A DNA stretch of 64,000 nucleotides from Haliotis cracherodii (taxonomy: Eukaryota). Below are positions 38,670 to 52,467 of the stretch, in pieces. Positions within the stretch are counted from its first letter, which is position 1. Each line of letters starts with the position of its first letter. Under the pieces are notes generated by a model. It was given only the letters and a program-made list of their open reading frames with translations. It had not been told where the DNA came from and ran no database searches. The DNA lies in NCBI RefSeq assembly GCF_022045235.1, contig NW_027266341.1:37076001-37140000 (forward strand), in the 5' to 3' direction. A program made the translations under genes and the position numbers.

Positions 38670-41600
38670 TCATATATCCGTAACTGTGGCAGATGATGTT
38701 GGTGCAGTAGGCGAGGAAGGGACTGAATGTGTAGATGAACGAGACTGGCGAGGAAGAGAAGGAAGACGTTGCATCTCTACGGGTGGGAGGTAGTACGGAT
38801 CTGGTGGCGGCTCAGCTGGGTAGTCTTTGTCTGAATAGGGTGCATCGGCTGAAACTGAAGATATGTCAGTATTAACACTAAAATAAGAGTCCTAATATGT
38901 CAATAAAGACAATGTAATAGAAACACGGTTTCTACAGCTACTAGTATATGGTGTTTTATTTATTGTACAGAAAATGGTACTTTTGAGATAAATACCTAAA
39001 TCGTAGTCCATTCAAACAAATAATGTGAGGGAGTTGGGTTTTTTTAACAGTATTCCAGTTTTATCACAGCGTGTCAGCTTAATGTGTGAGGAAAGCCCAA
39101 AGTGATGCAGATCTCAGACGTTTACCACTTCGGTGAAACTCACGAGCACGGGTATGGTGCTGACAAACCTAGATACATAATCGGGTCGAATCGGGATTCG
39201 AACCCACAATCATAGGTTTCTGGCCAAACAAATAAAGCTCGAGTTTGTTTTAAACATTTTATATTGACATTAAAAGGGCAAATGGTAGCGGCATAAGTTG
39301 CCCAACATACAACACCATTTCTATGAACAGACTTACAGACAGTGGACAATAATGTAAATATTTTAGCATATAGATAAAGTGCATTTATCATCCAAAACTG
39401 GCTTCCACAGGTAAGATCAAGCGATATCTACATTAAAGATAACGCTGCAATGAAATTGCATCACAATGCTTTGTAGACCATTGTGACGTCACTGGTTAAC
39501 ATGACGTCACAATCAAATGACACCATTTATGGCTACTGCTACTGAAGCTGTTAGCAGTACTTTTTACACTTAAGAGGGATGTTGGTTGAAAAATGTATTC
39601 CTCATCCTCGTCTCTTATCAAAAGACACAAGGGTGAGATTCTCTAAATAAATGCGATACTTCCATGGAAACAATCACATTAATAATATATAAAATCACAT
39701 ATACTATTGCTGTGATGAAGGAACCGTGTACTCCACTATGACGTAATGTATATAAAGGTACATTTGCCAAATTATATCGAATACTTTACTCATGTCTCAA
39801 AATACAACTCTTTTGTCTCATCTTGGAAATTATATAATTGGGCGACTTGATACACAGTAAGATCACCAGCTGCAAATCCTGATTGCAAAGATGTAAGAAA
39901 AAACTGACACGCATTTCTTATACACTTTCAACAAACTGGCAAGAGGGACAGCTCTATAATTAGAACTATCATTAATTTTATACTTATGTACATTTCCATA
40001 TATCAGGAAAATGTGAAGTTAATAATGAGGAATTTAAGAAATTACATAGAGGACAAAATAATAGTTCTGCTAAATACTTTAGGACAAGATTACTAATAGT
40101 ATCAGTCCACGATGTTGCTTTGGAAATAAAATGTCTCTAACTTCAGATTTTTTAGACTCAAATCAAATCTTTTGGTTGACAAATTGTATTAATGTTTGCA
40201 CACAATTTTAAATATCAAGACGGTATGTGTTAATGAGCAAGACATATTACCAAAAGGATTTGTATTGAAAATGGCCTCCAACTGATAAAATATTGTTTTA
40301 TAATGAAGTTCTTATGACATTATAATAGGGACATTCGAGCAAAAAAAGTGATAGACGTTTTCACATAGATTTCCACACAGGCATATTAGGTTTTCTGACA
40401 AATTGATTTTAAATAAATCTGCATTGTGGGAACTAAAGGCATGTAACATTCGGGTATAAATGATATTTGCTGCCCCGGCCCCAGATACGAGTGAGTGTGG
40501 TTTTACGCCACTTTTAGCTATATTCCAGCAATATCACGGCGGGGGACACCACAAATGGGCTTCACACATTGTACCCATGTCGGGAATCGAGCCCGAGTCT
40601 TCGGTGTGACGAGCGAACGCTTTTACCACTAGGCCCCGTCTAGTGATCCTCTGACCAATTATGAGAGTTTGTCATTATAGTGTATACTAGTAAGCTTCTA
40701 TGCCAATCCCTATCAAAAGCTTTTGAGACATCACAGAATATCATACAATTCCTGCTTGTTAACAGATAAATCTATGTCAGTATTAATTCCAAGTACGTGT
40801 GTGATAGCAGGGTGTCCTGTAAACAAATCCGGATTGGATTGAATTGCAACAGCTGATTTCTATAAAATGGTTGTGAAAATGTTTCAAAACAAGTCTGTCC
40901 AATAACTTCCCTGGCATAAGCTTACGAGTCTATAATTCAAGAAAGGAATTTGTGTTCTTATTCAATGGACCCGTGAAGATTCCGGGGTAGAATAGGTCTT
41001 CAGCAACCCATGCTTGCTGTAAAAGGTGACTATGCTTGTCGTAAAAGGCGACTAACGGGATCGGGTGGTCAGGCTCGCTGACTTGGTTGATGCATGTCAT
41101 CGACCCTAATTGCGTCGATCGATGCTCATGATATTGATCACTGGATTGTCTGGTTCAGACTCGATTATTTACAGACCGCCGTCATATAGCTGGAATATTG
41201 CTGAGTGTGGCGTTAAACAACAAACCAAACCAAACCAAACCAAATCTTATTCAGTGTCATAACGTGGGGTTATTTGCTCTCAAATGAAAACGTGTGAAGA
41301 TTTATTGAAGATAATGCAAAATGGTATTGCAACTGTATCTGCTAATGGATCTTATATGATTAAAGTAATCCAGACCCCTGGATTAATTACAAGATAAAGA
41401 CTTGACAAGGTCACGACTTTCTAGCTCTTGTATGGTGATATCAGTGAGGAAGCACGAACAAGGTTGTTCACGGGGAGGTATAGGGTGAGTATTAGCTTCA
41501 ACAGTACCCGGAGACACACAATAACCATAGAGAACTTCAGTATTGTCCGTATCTTTAAACACTGAAGATTTATCTGAGCTAGCTTTAGTGGAGCGCGTGG

Positions 41601-44298
41601 GGATACATGTCGTTCTTCAATCTTTCATAATGTATCAAATAGTCTCAAATAAGTAGTATTTTGTTACTTGCGTGACTAGGAACCTCTTCATGTTTGAATA
41701 AAACTTTCTTTGGCAACCTTTTTCATATCATAAACTTATTTCTTTGGGTTTCCTTTATAATTCGACGTTGACGTTGGCGGTTTATGTGGTATGTGATCAA
41801 GTAACAAGGCGCGTCAAATACTACAGATATATAATCAGTGATATCTTTTAATTACTGTAACAATGCATGTCGGTTTAAATTAGTGCTGTCATAATGATTG
41901 CAGGTTTGGATAAATACTTTCCCCATTGGTGATTCCGGGTCAGAATAGATACTAAGTGTACCACGCTTGTCGAAAGAGCTGACTAAAGACCATCGGCTGG
42001 TAAGGCTCGGCGACCTGGTTAACTAGCGTGTCATCATAACCCAACCGCTTTGGACGACAATCATATGGGCAGCCATCCGGATGTCTGGTCAAAACTCCAT
42101 TATATAAAGGCCGCTGTCATGTAGCTGGAATAGTGCTGCTAGGGGCTTTGAAAACGAACCTCGCTAAATATAATATATACCTGTTGATTTAACATCTTCT
42201 TGGCTGTTTGTGGATACTGGTTGACCCTGTCTTCGTGATTTACGACGACGGTAGAGGCAATATAATATGACACCCACCACCACAGCAATCAGAACTAAAA
42301 TCCCCACCACGAGTCCAACAATAAGTCCAGTATTTGCTGTGCTGAAATGTAAACCAAGACGTTGTCAATGACATGTTTGCAGCTATTATTTCACAGGTAC
42401 ACTTCATTGTACTTCCTATTCCGTTTCAATGTCAGTCTTTAAGCTCCAACATATGAATTGTTATATAATTACCAGACAATTTCTGAAAGGATGCTCGAGT
42501 TATGTTGTACTGTCATCAAGGATACAATGCTCGATAGGGTAAACAATCCAAAGTGAGTGAGTATGGTTTTACGCCGCTTACCAAAAATGGGTTCACACTT
42601 TATATGTGGGGAATCGAACGCGAGCCTGCGGCGTGGCGATCACACGCTTTAACCACTCGGTCTTCCCGCCTACCCACAAGCCGGAGAACCGAGTTCGATT
42701 CCTATCTTGGATACAATATGTGAAGCCGGTTGCTTGTGTCATCCCGCCGTAATATGGATGAACTATTGTAAAAGGCGGTGTAACCTCTACTGCCAAACAC
42801 ACTCATCAAGATGTTTCAGATCTCGAGACTTCGAGACTTACATATTTACTTGTGTTTGACTTCAGAAACACACAATGTCTCAACCCACATTTAACTGTTA
42901 TTTGTGATATCCTGATTTATCTATTTCTGTCACAGAGTCCAATAGTATCAATTGTATTGAATCTCCAATTTGTGATGATAAATACTAGTACCCTGTACAC
43001 ATTCGCTACCACAGCCTCGATATAAGCTCATTTCGAGTGTGACGAGTCTAAAACGTCCAGTTAAATTACTCTCACGAGCGAGGGGGATTCTGTACCACTA
43101 ATGAGATAGGAGAGTTTGAGATCGTCACGTCACTTCCGAAACATACTAATGGTGATAGATTTATTATAAAAAAATGTCATAATAAAATGGAGATATAAAA
43201 GAAAGCTGTTACATAGGTCTCTGACTTTCTGGTATGAATATACCTGTAAGCGTTGTCATTGACGGTCTGTGTATAACGATGACGATACAGTGATAATTTC
43301 ATAATATTTGTTAATTATTGCAATATGGATGTGTAACAACGAGTCCGCACTCAAAGAAATGTCTTTCTGACACACTCTTCAATAACGAATGTCCGATCCA
43401 TTTGTCTTTTGGCAGTCACCTACGTGTACATGTATAATATCCTACACAGTGTGATCAAACATAACAGGTCCTGTGACATAATGATATGACATGACATAAT
43501 GAATGAGTTGTAGTTTATGACGCTTTGAGTGGTATTTCCGTGGTATCACGGCGCGCCAGCTTGGTGTTAATGGAAGGTCCTAGACGATTACCATTTCGTA
43601 GAATCTCATGAGCATAAGTATGGTGCTGACAATCCAGAATTGGTCTTAACTAGGCGAGCCTTATTCAAACCAACGAACATGAACCACATGATCATGACAC
43701 GTCTAAGGGACGCAACTCTGCACAGACTAGGTCACCGGTTAGTGTCGCCTGACACACCGAGCTGAGCATGATACGCATAATTTTAGAACGGTGCTTCACC
43801 AATGAAATACCACAAAAACACAAATGTGTACCCACCCTGGCTCGCTGCAGCAGTATGTAGATGACAAACCACAACAGTTGAATTCACAGTATTTCTTTCT
43901 GTAAGTCCCATCAGAATTTTTCACGTAACACACTTCTTGCGCTTTGGCTTTGGCTTTGGAGGAAACGAATCTGATGATTAATAGCATGCTTTAATTTTTA
44001 ATATTGAAAAATCAACAGAAAATGTGACAGAGAACAGTAGCATACCCTCACTGCTTGTGAGGTTAAGTAAATGATTATCATAAAGTAATATAGACTTACT
44101 ATTTCAAGCAACGAAAACAGGTTACACAATCACTCCCGTAAACACTGAAGCAATGAACGTTTACGCATGAATGATTCGTGTTATCAAGATCAAAATCAAC
44201 AGTCGTGTCCTGATCGGACACATTAACGTGAACATATAGATGTACTCACAGATAGCGAATATAGGAACAATAATACATCCACCCTTCAATGAAGTCAT
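38670..44298 (-). CDS. Shisa-like/CYYR1-like single-pass membrane protein, paralog C (~170 aa; 4 coding exons)
   Basis: Exons 44298-44250 (49 nt, MTSLKGGCIIVPIFAI; an in-frame upstream ATG at 44316 is possible), ~43953-43836 (KAKAQEVCYVKNSDGTYRKKYCEFNCCGLSSTYCCSEP), 42341-42181 (TM GLIVGLVVGILVLIAVVVGVILY then CLYRRRKSRR) and 38854-38670 (SADAPYSDKDYPAEPPPDPYYLPP...ATVTDI*). Phases 1-2-1. Confidence 0.85.
39025..39225 (-). mobile_element. SINE family 2, 5'-truncated
   Basis: Matches the family-2 body (GGGATTCGAACCCACAATCATAGGTTTCTGG). Confidence 0.82.
40490..40635 (-). mobile_element. SINE family 1
   Basis: TTTTACGCC..TATTCCAGCAATATCACGGCGGGGGACACC..GGGAATCGA.CCCG. Confidence 0.82.
40968..41243 (+). 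mobile_element. SINE family 3 (full length)
   Basis: GACCCGTGAAGA..GGGGTAGAATAGGTCTTCAGCAACCCATGCTTG... with an (AAACC)n tail; TSD TCTTATTCA. Confidence 0.88.
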
Positions 44299-44563
44299 TG
44301 CGACACCATACAACATGGCCGTGAGTGACCTAGTTGTGAGTCGCTTGTGTGTGGATGTTCGAGGGCACCCGGCTTGCCGGTGTACTGTATGGGAAGCACC
44401 AGAGCATGACGCCCTAGTTAAGGCGTCTACACATGTAACGCAGGCCTCCGGCGGGCGACCAGTGTAGGGGGTATTAACGGTGACTCTGCATATTGTACAT
44501 TCAACAAGGTGCGAAGGGCACGGTGTGTGTAAGAAGCAAAGGAAACACGAGTTGTCGTTTTAA

Positions 44564-46122
44564 AGGGGCACTGATCTAACGCAATTGCCCGGACTGGTTG
44601 TTGCCTTTGTTATTGTTTTTTCCCCAGGAGTACCCGGATGATACGCAACGCAACTGAGCGTGACCAGAGACTGAGCTACCGTCTGCAAGGACAGCTAAAT
44701 AAACTTGGAGGCTGGAGGCAATATTTGTTTTACGCATTTTTGAACACTGATTAGTTTAACCGTGATCTATAAAGATTTCGACAAAAGGCGCATGTTAATT
44801 AATTTTTTCAGCCTAAACAAACAGACAAAAAGAACGGCGGAGCTCATCGTATGTCGTCATTTGGAAATACCCCAGATGGTTATAGTTTAATGATAAAAAA
44901 AAGCACTCGGTATATGTGTTTACATGTCTAGGGAGTGTTTACATGTCTAGGTTTACTAAAACAAAGGGAATACACTCATATCATGGCGTGAAGTGCCGAT
45001 GTAAAAACAACATACTTTGTTCAAAGGGTTAACTGATAATACGTTGATTGATTGATCATTGTTATCTATCACTCAATGGATTTTTTAGGAACCGTGGACG
45101 TTATGAAAATAGTTGTCACGTGGGCTTTCTCAGCCGACCCTTGAGACTTGACACATATGTGAAACACCTGAAACAATCTAAGTGATCAGTTGAGAAAGGA
45201 ACACGGGTAATAATATCCCGAAACGATATATATCTTTAAAAGTATTTGATTGTTACAGAGACACGTGACATCGAATAAGTTTCTTTTTACAGCTGCAGAC
45301 GAGTGGGATATTTTTCCTTTGTGTGGATATTCACAGATACATTCCTCGAACAAGGAAGCTGCCCAAAATTTATACTCATAAATTTGGTAGGTTGTAATTA
45401 TGGTATTTGCATTTTGTTTTCCTTCATTCGCTGTAGCATTGAACCGATTCGTTCTTGTTTCTCTACGTCTTTGTTGGGAAATTCTTCAGATTGACTAAAA
45501 TTGATTAAGACGATCAAAAGGGCCTAACAACATCACAACAGATTATTATGTTGGATTAGAAGCCAAACAACATAGAAATGTACTTTTCAACGTAACGTTT
45601 TCAGTCTCTTGGTGATAACATTAAACATCAAAATGTTTGGAATTCGTTATCATAATGATACAGATGGAAATGTTTTTCAGTCACTTTGTAAAATAACTGA
45701 ATATTTAGGCGTTTAATAAATTTGATAATGTTACACATTTTGACAGTAAAAAAATATACACACTATAAAAAAAAGCAATGCTCAGGTGAAATATTTACTT
45801 TGTGTTGCAAGTCAAAATAGTGTAAACGAAAATCGCAAAATTACCAAGCAAGTGACTTATCAAAATTTCGTCACCATTACCGATGCTACCCGCAAAGGTA
45901 CCTACATTTCCTTATTATCTCGAAAACTGTATTTCATTTTGTTGATCAATGTGACCATACGCCCTTATTACTACCCATAAAAGTGACTAATGCGCTTACG
46001 AACGGCGCAGCAGAGGTCGCGAACTAGTCTAGATTTCTGCTATACATCCGGGTACTCACTGGGAAAAAACAATAACAAAGGCAACAACCAGTCCCTGGGA
46101 ATTGCGTTAGATCAGTGACCCA
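44564..46122. mobile_element. Non-autonomous DNA transposon with ~75-bp TIRs and TTAA TSD (Kolobok-like)
   Basis: Left end TTAA-AGGGGCACTGATCTAACGCAATTGCCCGGACTGGTTGTTGCCTTTGTTATTG..GTACCCGGATG. Right end CATCCGGGTAC..CAATAACAAAGGCAACAACCAGTCC..ATTGCGTTAGATCAGTGACCCA-TTAA. Confidence 0.8.
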
Positions 46123-46324
46123 TTAAGCCTTTTAAAAATTACTTGTATATGTCAGTCAAAGTCATCCGAGAGCCTCCATGGAGTCCAACGGTCAAGATAT
46201 GACCCGACATCAGGTCCTGACAGTCGAATCCTTGGCTATGTCAAAGGTTGCAGTCAAATTGTTTACTTTCTGTGTTGTAAAGTGTGTGAAATTTGGCCTT
46301 TGTCACCGGCGATTAGGGTACTTG

Positions 46325-46587
46325 GTTTTGGTTGTTTGTTTGTTGTTTAACGCAATATTCCAGCTATATGACAGCGGTCTGTAAATAATCGTGTCTGGAC
46401 CAGACAATCCAGTGATTGACATCATGAGTATCGATCCACGCAATTGGGATACGATGACATGCATCAACCAAGACAGCGAGCCTGACCACCCGATCCCGTT
46501 AGTCGCCCCTTACGACAAGCATAGTCGCTTTTTATGGCAAACATGGGTTGCTGAAGACCTATGCTACCCCGGATATTCACGGATCTC
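46325..46587 (-). mobile_element. SINE family 3 (full length)
   Basis: Reverse complement of 40968-41243; TSD AGGGTACTTG. Confidence 0.88.
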
Positions 46588-47134
46588 AGGGTACTTGCTA
46601 CTGATCAAGTTTATAAAGTAGACAGACAAAGATGTGTTTGACTGACTTCAGTCCAATTTGCTAGTCCAGCCTAATTGCCGAGTCTAGTCCTTTGAGCGGA
46701 TTGCAGACTATCAGTTAGTATCTGAAACGAACATACTTCACAGTTGTTTATATTATCATGATTAAATATAATAAAAGGGAGCCCAGAGTCTATGTTCGTG
46801 TTCAGAAACTGTAAGAACCTAGCTATAGACTTGCCAAATATTATAGATTTTCATGGGCTGTATTGGATATAGTGTGTTGTTCGAGGGTCTGAATGACAGA
46901 CCAAGCGTGTACCAAAAGATGAAGATTAAGAAGATCAGCAATTAAGCTCACGAAAATGTGCACACTTAATTTGAGTAATTATAAATTCTACCAAACTATA
47001 CATACATGTACACTGATATGTTGACCGGTCGATCAGCATGATCGTTAAAAACCATTAACTCGTTTCTTATGACAAGCATGGTATTCTAATAATAATGCAG
47101 CGCTTGTAGCATACATAGCACATGGATGGAGTCA

Positions 47135-48822
47135 TTATATGGAAACCTGTTGTGGACAACACGGTGCAGTAAATGAAAACCTGTCGTGGACAACACGGTG
47201 CAGTATATGGACACCTGCCATATACAATATGGTGCAGTATATGGACACCTGCCATGTACAACATGGTGCAGTATATGGACACCTGTCATGTACAACATGG
47301 TGCAGTATATGGACACCTGTCATGTACAACATGGTTCAGTATATGGACACCTGTGATATACAACATGGTGCAGTTTATGGACACCTGTCATGTACAACAT
47401 GGTGCAGTATATGGACACTGGTCATGTACAACATGGTGCAGTATATGGAAACCTGTCATTTACAACATGGTGCAGTATATGGACACTTGTCGTGGACAAC
47501 ACGGTGCAGTATATGGACACCTGCCATGTACGACATGGTGCAGTATATGGACACCTGTCATGTACAACATGGTGCAGTGTATGGACACTTGTCGTGGACA
47601 ACACGGTGCAGTATATGGACACCTGCCATGTACAACACGGTTCAGTATATGGACACCTGTCATGTACAACACGGTTCAGTATATGGACACCTGCCATGTA
47701 CAACACGGTTCAGTATATGGACACCTGTCATGTACAACACGGTTCAGTATATGGACACATGCCATGTACAACATGGTGCAGTATATGGACACCTGTCATG
47801 TACAACATGGTGCAGTATATGGACACCTGTCATGTACATCATGGTGCAGTATATGGACACCTGTCATGTACAACATGGTGCAGTATATGGACACCTGTCA
47901 TGTACATCATGGTGCAGTATATGGACACCTGTGATATACAACATGGTACAGTATATGGACACCTGTCATGTACAACATGGTGCAGTATATGGACACCTGT
48001 CATGTACAACATGGTGCAGTATATGGACACCTGTCATGTACAACATGGTGCAGTATATGGACACTTGTCGTGGACAACACGGTGCAGTATATGGACACCT
48101 GCCATGTACAACATGGTGCAGTGTATGGGCACCTGTCATGTACAACATGGTGCAGTATATGGACACCTGCCATGTACAACATGGTGCAGTATATGGACAC
48201 TTGTCGTGGACAACATGGTGCAGTATATGGACACCTGTCATGTACAACATGGTGCAGTATATGGACACCTGCCATGTACAACATGGTGCAGTATATGGAC
48301 ACCTGTCATGTACAACATGGTGCAGTATATGGACACCTGTGATATACAACATGGTACAGTATATGGGCACCTGTCATGTACATCATGGTGCAGTATATGG
48401 ACACCTGCCATGTACATCATGGTGCAGTATATGGACACCTGCCATGTACAACATGGTGCAGTATCTGGACACCTGTCATGTACAACATGGCGCAGTATCT
48501 GGACACCTGCCATGTACAATATGGTGCAGTATATGGACACCTGCCATGCACAACATGGCGCAGTATATGGACACCTGTGATATACAACATGGTGCAGTAT
48601 ATGGACACCTGTGATATACAACATGGTACAGTATATGGACACCTGTCATGTACAACATGGTGCAGTATATGGACACCTGTCATGTACATCATGGTGCAGT
48701 GTATGGAAACCTGTCATGTTCAACATGGTGCAGTATATGGACACCTGTCATGTACAACATGGTGCAGTGTATGGAAACCTATCATGTAAAACATGGTGCA
48801 GTATATGGACACATGTCGTGTA
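47135..48822. repeat. Satellite, 34-bp unit, ~50 copies
   Basis: Unit TATATGGACACCTGTCATGTACAACATGGTGCAG with recurring variants. Confidence 0.97.
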
Positions 48823-48949
48823 TAGTGTATAAATTGGGGTGCATTTCCCTAACACAATTTTGATTTGAGGATATCTGCTGGTATGTATTTGTGTTCACTG
48901 AGTAAATCGAACTATCGTTTATCGAGTCCTTTAGGAACACATTTGACGT

Positions 48950-49290
48950 CAATCTGTCACCAATATGAACGGTTCAGGCAAGGATCGTAGACTCAAAGTT
49001 AAAACAGAAGTGAACGAGTGGACATCCACATCATTCTTTAACAATGACGCCACGGTATCAAAACCACGTTCCGTGACATTCAAAGCACTGTATGACATCA
49101 ACAGTGGTATGTCGCTGCACGTTATCAATTGAGGAAATTCGTAAAATCGAACGTTCTTTATCCATTTGCTAAACAACGTAACATACAAGGTCTAATATTA
49201 AAGATTTCTCATTGAAGAACGTTTCATCAATTTTATCATCTATTTTTGGAATTAATTCAAAACGTTGAATGATATTAACTCCTCTATTAT
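48950..49290 (+). repeat. Dispersed repeat; diverged direct copy at ~53390-53690
   Basis: Both share GCACTGTATGACA..GTCGCTGCACGT..AGGAAAT.CGTAA..TATCCATTTGCTA. Confidence 0.7.
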
Positions 49291-49569
49291 GCAAAATTGT
49301 TAACACGGGGGGATGTTGGTTGTTTAACGCCGCACCCAGCAATATTACAGCTATCAAAACCGGTGACTGAAGCATCAGCAACCATCCATGTCAGGGAAGC
49401 ACAGATGCACACTATCAGTCCAGTCGCATATTGAGACACACCGATCCCCATTTGAGTCAGCTCATGATCATACGACAATCAAGGTTTGCCGAGGGCATCT
49501 TATGATCCGGAATACATGGCATGACATTCATTCATCTACCTACCTGCATACTTCTAATGAGTTGTGTCC

Positions 49570-50032
49570 TTGGGTTGTAAGGATTCCCTGGTCGTGTAAG
49601 GATTCCTTGGTCGTGTAAGGATTCCCTGGTCATGTAAGGATTCCCTGGTCATGTAAGAATACTCTGGTAGTGTAAGAAAACTGTTCGTGTCTGGATTCCG
49701 TGGTCGTGTACGGATTCCATGGTGGTGTTAGGATTCCCTGGTCGTGTAAGAATACTCTGCTCATGTAAGGATTCCCTGGTTGTGTTAGGATTCCCTGGTC
49801 CTGTAAGAATACTCTGCTCATGTAAGGATTCCCTGGTCATGTAAGGATTCCTTGATCGTGTAAGAATACGCTGGTCGTGTAAGAATACTTTGCTCATGTA
49901 AGAATTCCCTGGTCATGTAAGGATTCCTTGGTCGTGTAAGAATACGCTGGTGGTGTAAGAATACTTTGCTCATGTAAGAATTCCCTGGTCATGTAAGAAT
50001 TCCCTGGTCATGTAAGGATTCCCTGGTCGTGT
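49570..50032. repeat. Minisatellite, ~19-bp unit (TGTAAGGATTCCCTGGTCG/A)
   Basis: About 24 imperfect tandem copies. Confidence 0.9.
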
Positions 50033-52467
50033 GTTTCAATCAAAATGCAACATAAGTCATAATGATCTGCATAAAGTCTTATGTGTATTTATTTTTCTAT
50101 TTTAGCGTTAATTTTCACATTTTTCACAAGCAAAATAATGATGCACTGTCTACATGACAACAACTTCTGCACAATGTGTGAAAAACCAGAAACGTATAAT
50201 TGGGGCATAAACATCTTCCTTAAAACCTTGGCCTGCCATCCACTTGGTCGATAAAGCTTCTGGCGTTAAAGCAACGTTAACCTTACACGAACAGTCCTTT
50301 CCTACCCAGGTACAAACATCCCCACAGCTGATGGTCGAATATTCAGTAAAATATAGTTTTTAATAGCGTTAGAAATATACACGTTTCTCACACATGCTAA
50401 TACGGATCGTTTCAGAACAATCTAATAAATATAAAACCACAACGTCTTAAAGAAATGTTCAGTGTTTACATGCATGCCATGTGATGGTAATGCGAGGTAT
50501 TTCATTTTGTTCTCAAGAATGGATGCGCTCACCATTGTGGTTGAAAGGAAGTCACAGTTCACAAAGCGAACATTAAACAATCGTTGGCAATGAAATCCTC
50601 TCTTAATGTTAAATGTTGCACTTCTCAGGAATATCAGTAATGATTGGGGTTTCACATACTTATTTAAACACCTTCATGGAAAAGAATGTCTGTTCTAAAA
50701 CCTTCGGGTGCACATGGACAAAATCGGATCCATTAAAAATGCAGCATTTTGGGAATGCTCTTTTTCAAAGTTTAGATTCAGTAACTAACAGATACGGGGT
50801 AAAAGGAAACAGACGTAAACTGAAGTTAGGTTTGATCTGGTTTAACTACACCCCAGACAGGTTGGACACAGGAACAAGACTTTTTACACATTGAAACTGT
50901 GGCGAACCAGATGCCTTGGGTATACTTGACATGACCTTACAGAAGTATCAAATGAAACATACATTGTACATTTATTAGACGAACACTAAACCAATGAACA
51001 CATTTCTGTAAAATAATAATAACTGTTTTTCTTCAAAAGAACCTTTCATCTTCCGTTGTTTTCATGTGGAATAAAACAAACTTGTCTTGGTTAGTTATAG
51101 ATTTGCCTCGGCTTTTAGTAGGAAAAAAACATACGTAAAAATATAAATTCCACAATCATGGCGCAGGACAATAAATATATGTGCTTCCTATGTAGAATCT
51201 AGCGATGGATGTGTCATATTTAATGTACTTGCCTATGTAGTTTTTACGATGCCACACAATCCCCCATTTATTCTTGATACCTGAGATTAATACAATGTGC
51301 CTGCCACTGATCAATACGACAAAGTTTTGTCAACACCCAGCCAGGGTGTTACCACTACAGCTGCTACTGCTGCTTCAAGACAGGGTCGTTCTCATCTATA
51401 TATGACCGCGACATATCCAATGTGACTTTAACTAAATCAATTACTTCTGAAAACACCATATTTTCACTCCTAAAAAACAGTTTCTGTTACCTCCTTGTTA
51501 TAAGCTTGTTCGTGAGTCCTGTGGTTAAAGAATTGGCTCGTCACGCTCGTCACGGTTCAATTTGTGAATCTTATTCTCCGGCTGTTATATGGATGTTATA
51601 TTACTTTTACTCCTAATGCCATTGAATCACTCGGTTTCATTTATGTTTTCCATATTTTGTTTTCCATATTTGTCTTTATCTCTTCCCTTATTGTAAAGAG
51701 AATTTCAGTTACAAAACATGTATAGTCCTCCGTCGATTTCAGTAACCAATGGCAATTTTGGCCACAATATGTTGATTATTATTTATTAATAAATATATGT
51801 TTTAAAGTTGTGTACATTTGTGTACACTATGTGTCGACGGGTGTAATTGCATGCATGCATGTTTGACAGGAGTTCATGGTGGACTTCATCAAGTAAAGAT
51901 GGCAACACATGAAGCGTGTTTTATTGGCTGTAGGTACTGGGTTACAGCAACATCTTATCATTTATTGATTTTGAGCATACGCGTGACCTACTATAGGATT
52001 CATGTGAAGCTGAAAGAGTTATCAGCCTTACGCTAAAGAATGTCCTGACACTTGTACTTGTAACATATTTATGTTGTCCTGCAGAAATGACGTCGTATAT
52101 TTACCATTGATGCACAATACAAACCGGAAGGCAGACAATTTATACTCTTAATTCAAGTCGCCATTTCCCATAGATATCCGACTACATCCCCCTGTACATC
52201 CGTCAGCTAGCTCGTGGTGACAATGATGTATAAAGACTGTTAAACACACACTTGGTCTCTGGACATCTGGGACAAGAAGTCATATCGCTCACATAGTTAG
52301 TAATTCACATACTGAGTAACCAGCAGAGTTAATATTACAGTGTTACTGAACGTACAGAACACGTAGATACCAACGAGGACTTCGTCCAGCCAGGAATCGT
52401 TTGGCTACAAGGAATAAGGTTGACGTCACTATCTGTTTGGTGAAGTGTAGTGAGGTGTGTGTTCACG

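Noticed and set aside
47135-48822. Long Cys/His/Met-rich ORFs (up to 491 aa) and a CRISPR-like regular array
   Set aside because: This is a head-to-tail 34-bp satellite with no unique spacers. The ORFs cycle through all frames of the same unit, the context is eukaryotic and there are no cas genes.
51909-51933. Alternative first exon for D (MKRVLLAV|GTACTG)
   Set aside because: Too short for a signal peptide. 52468-52516 matches the family's 49-nt exon and LKxGW motif.
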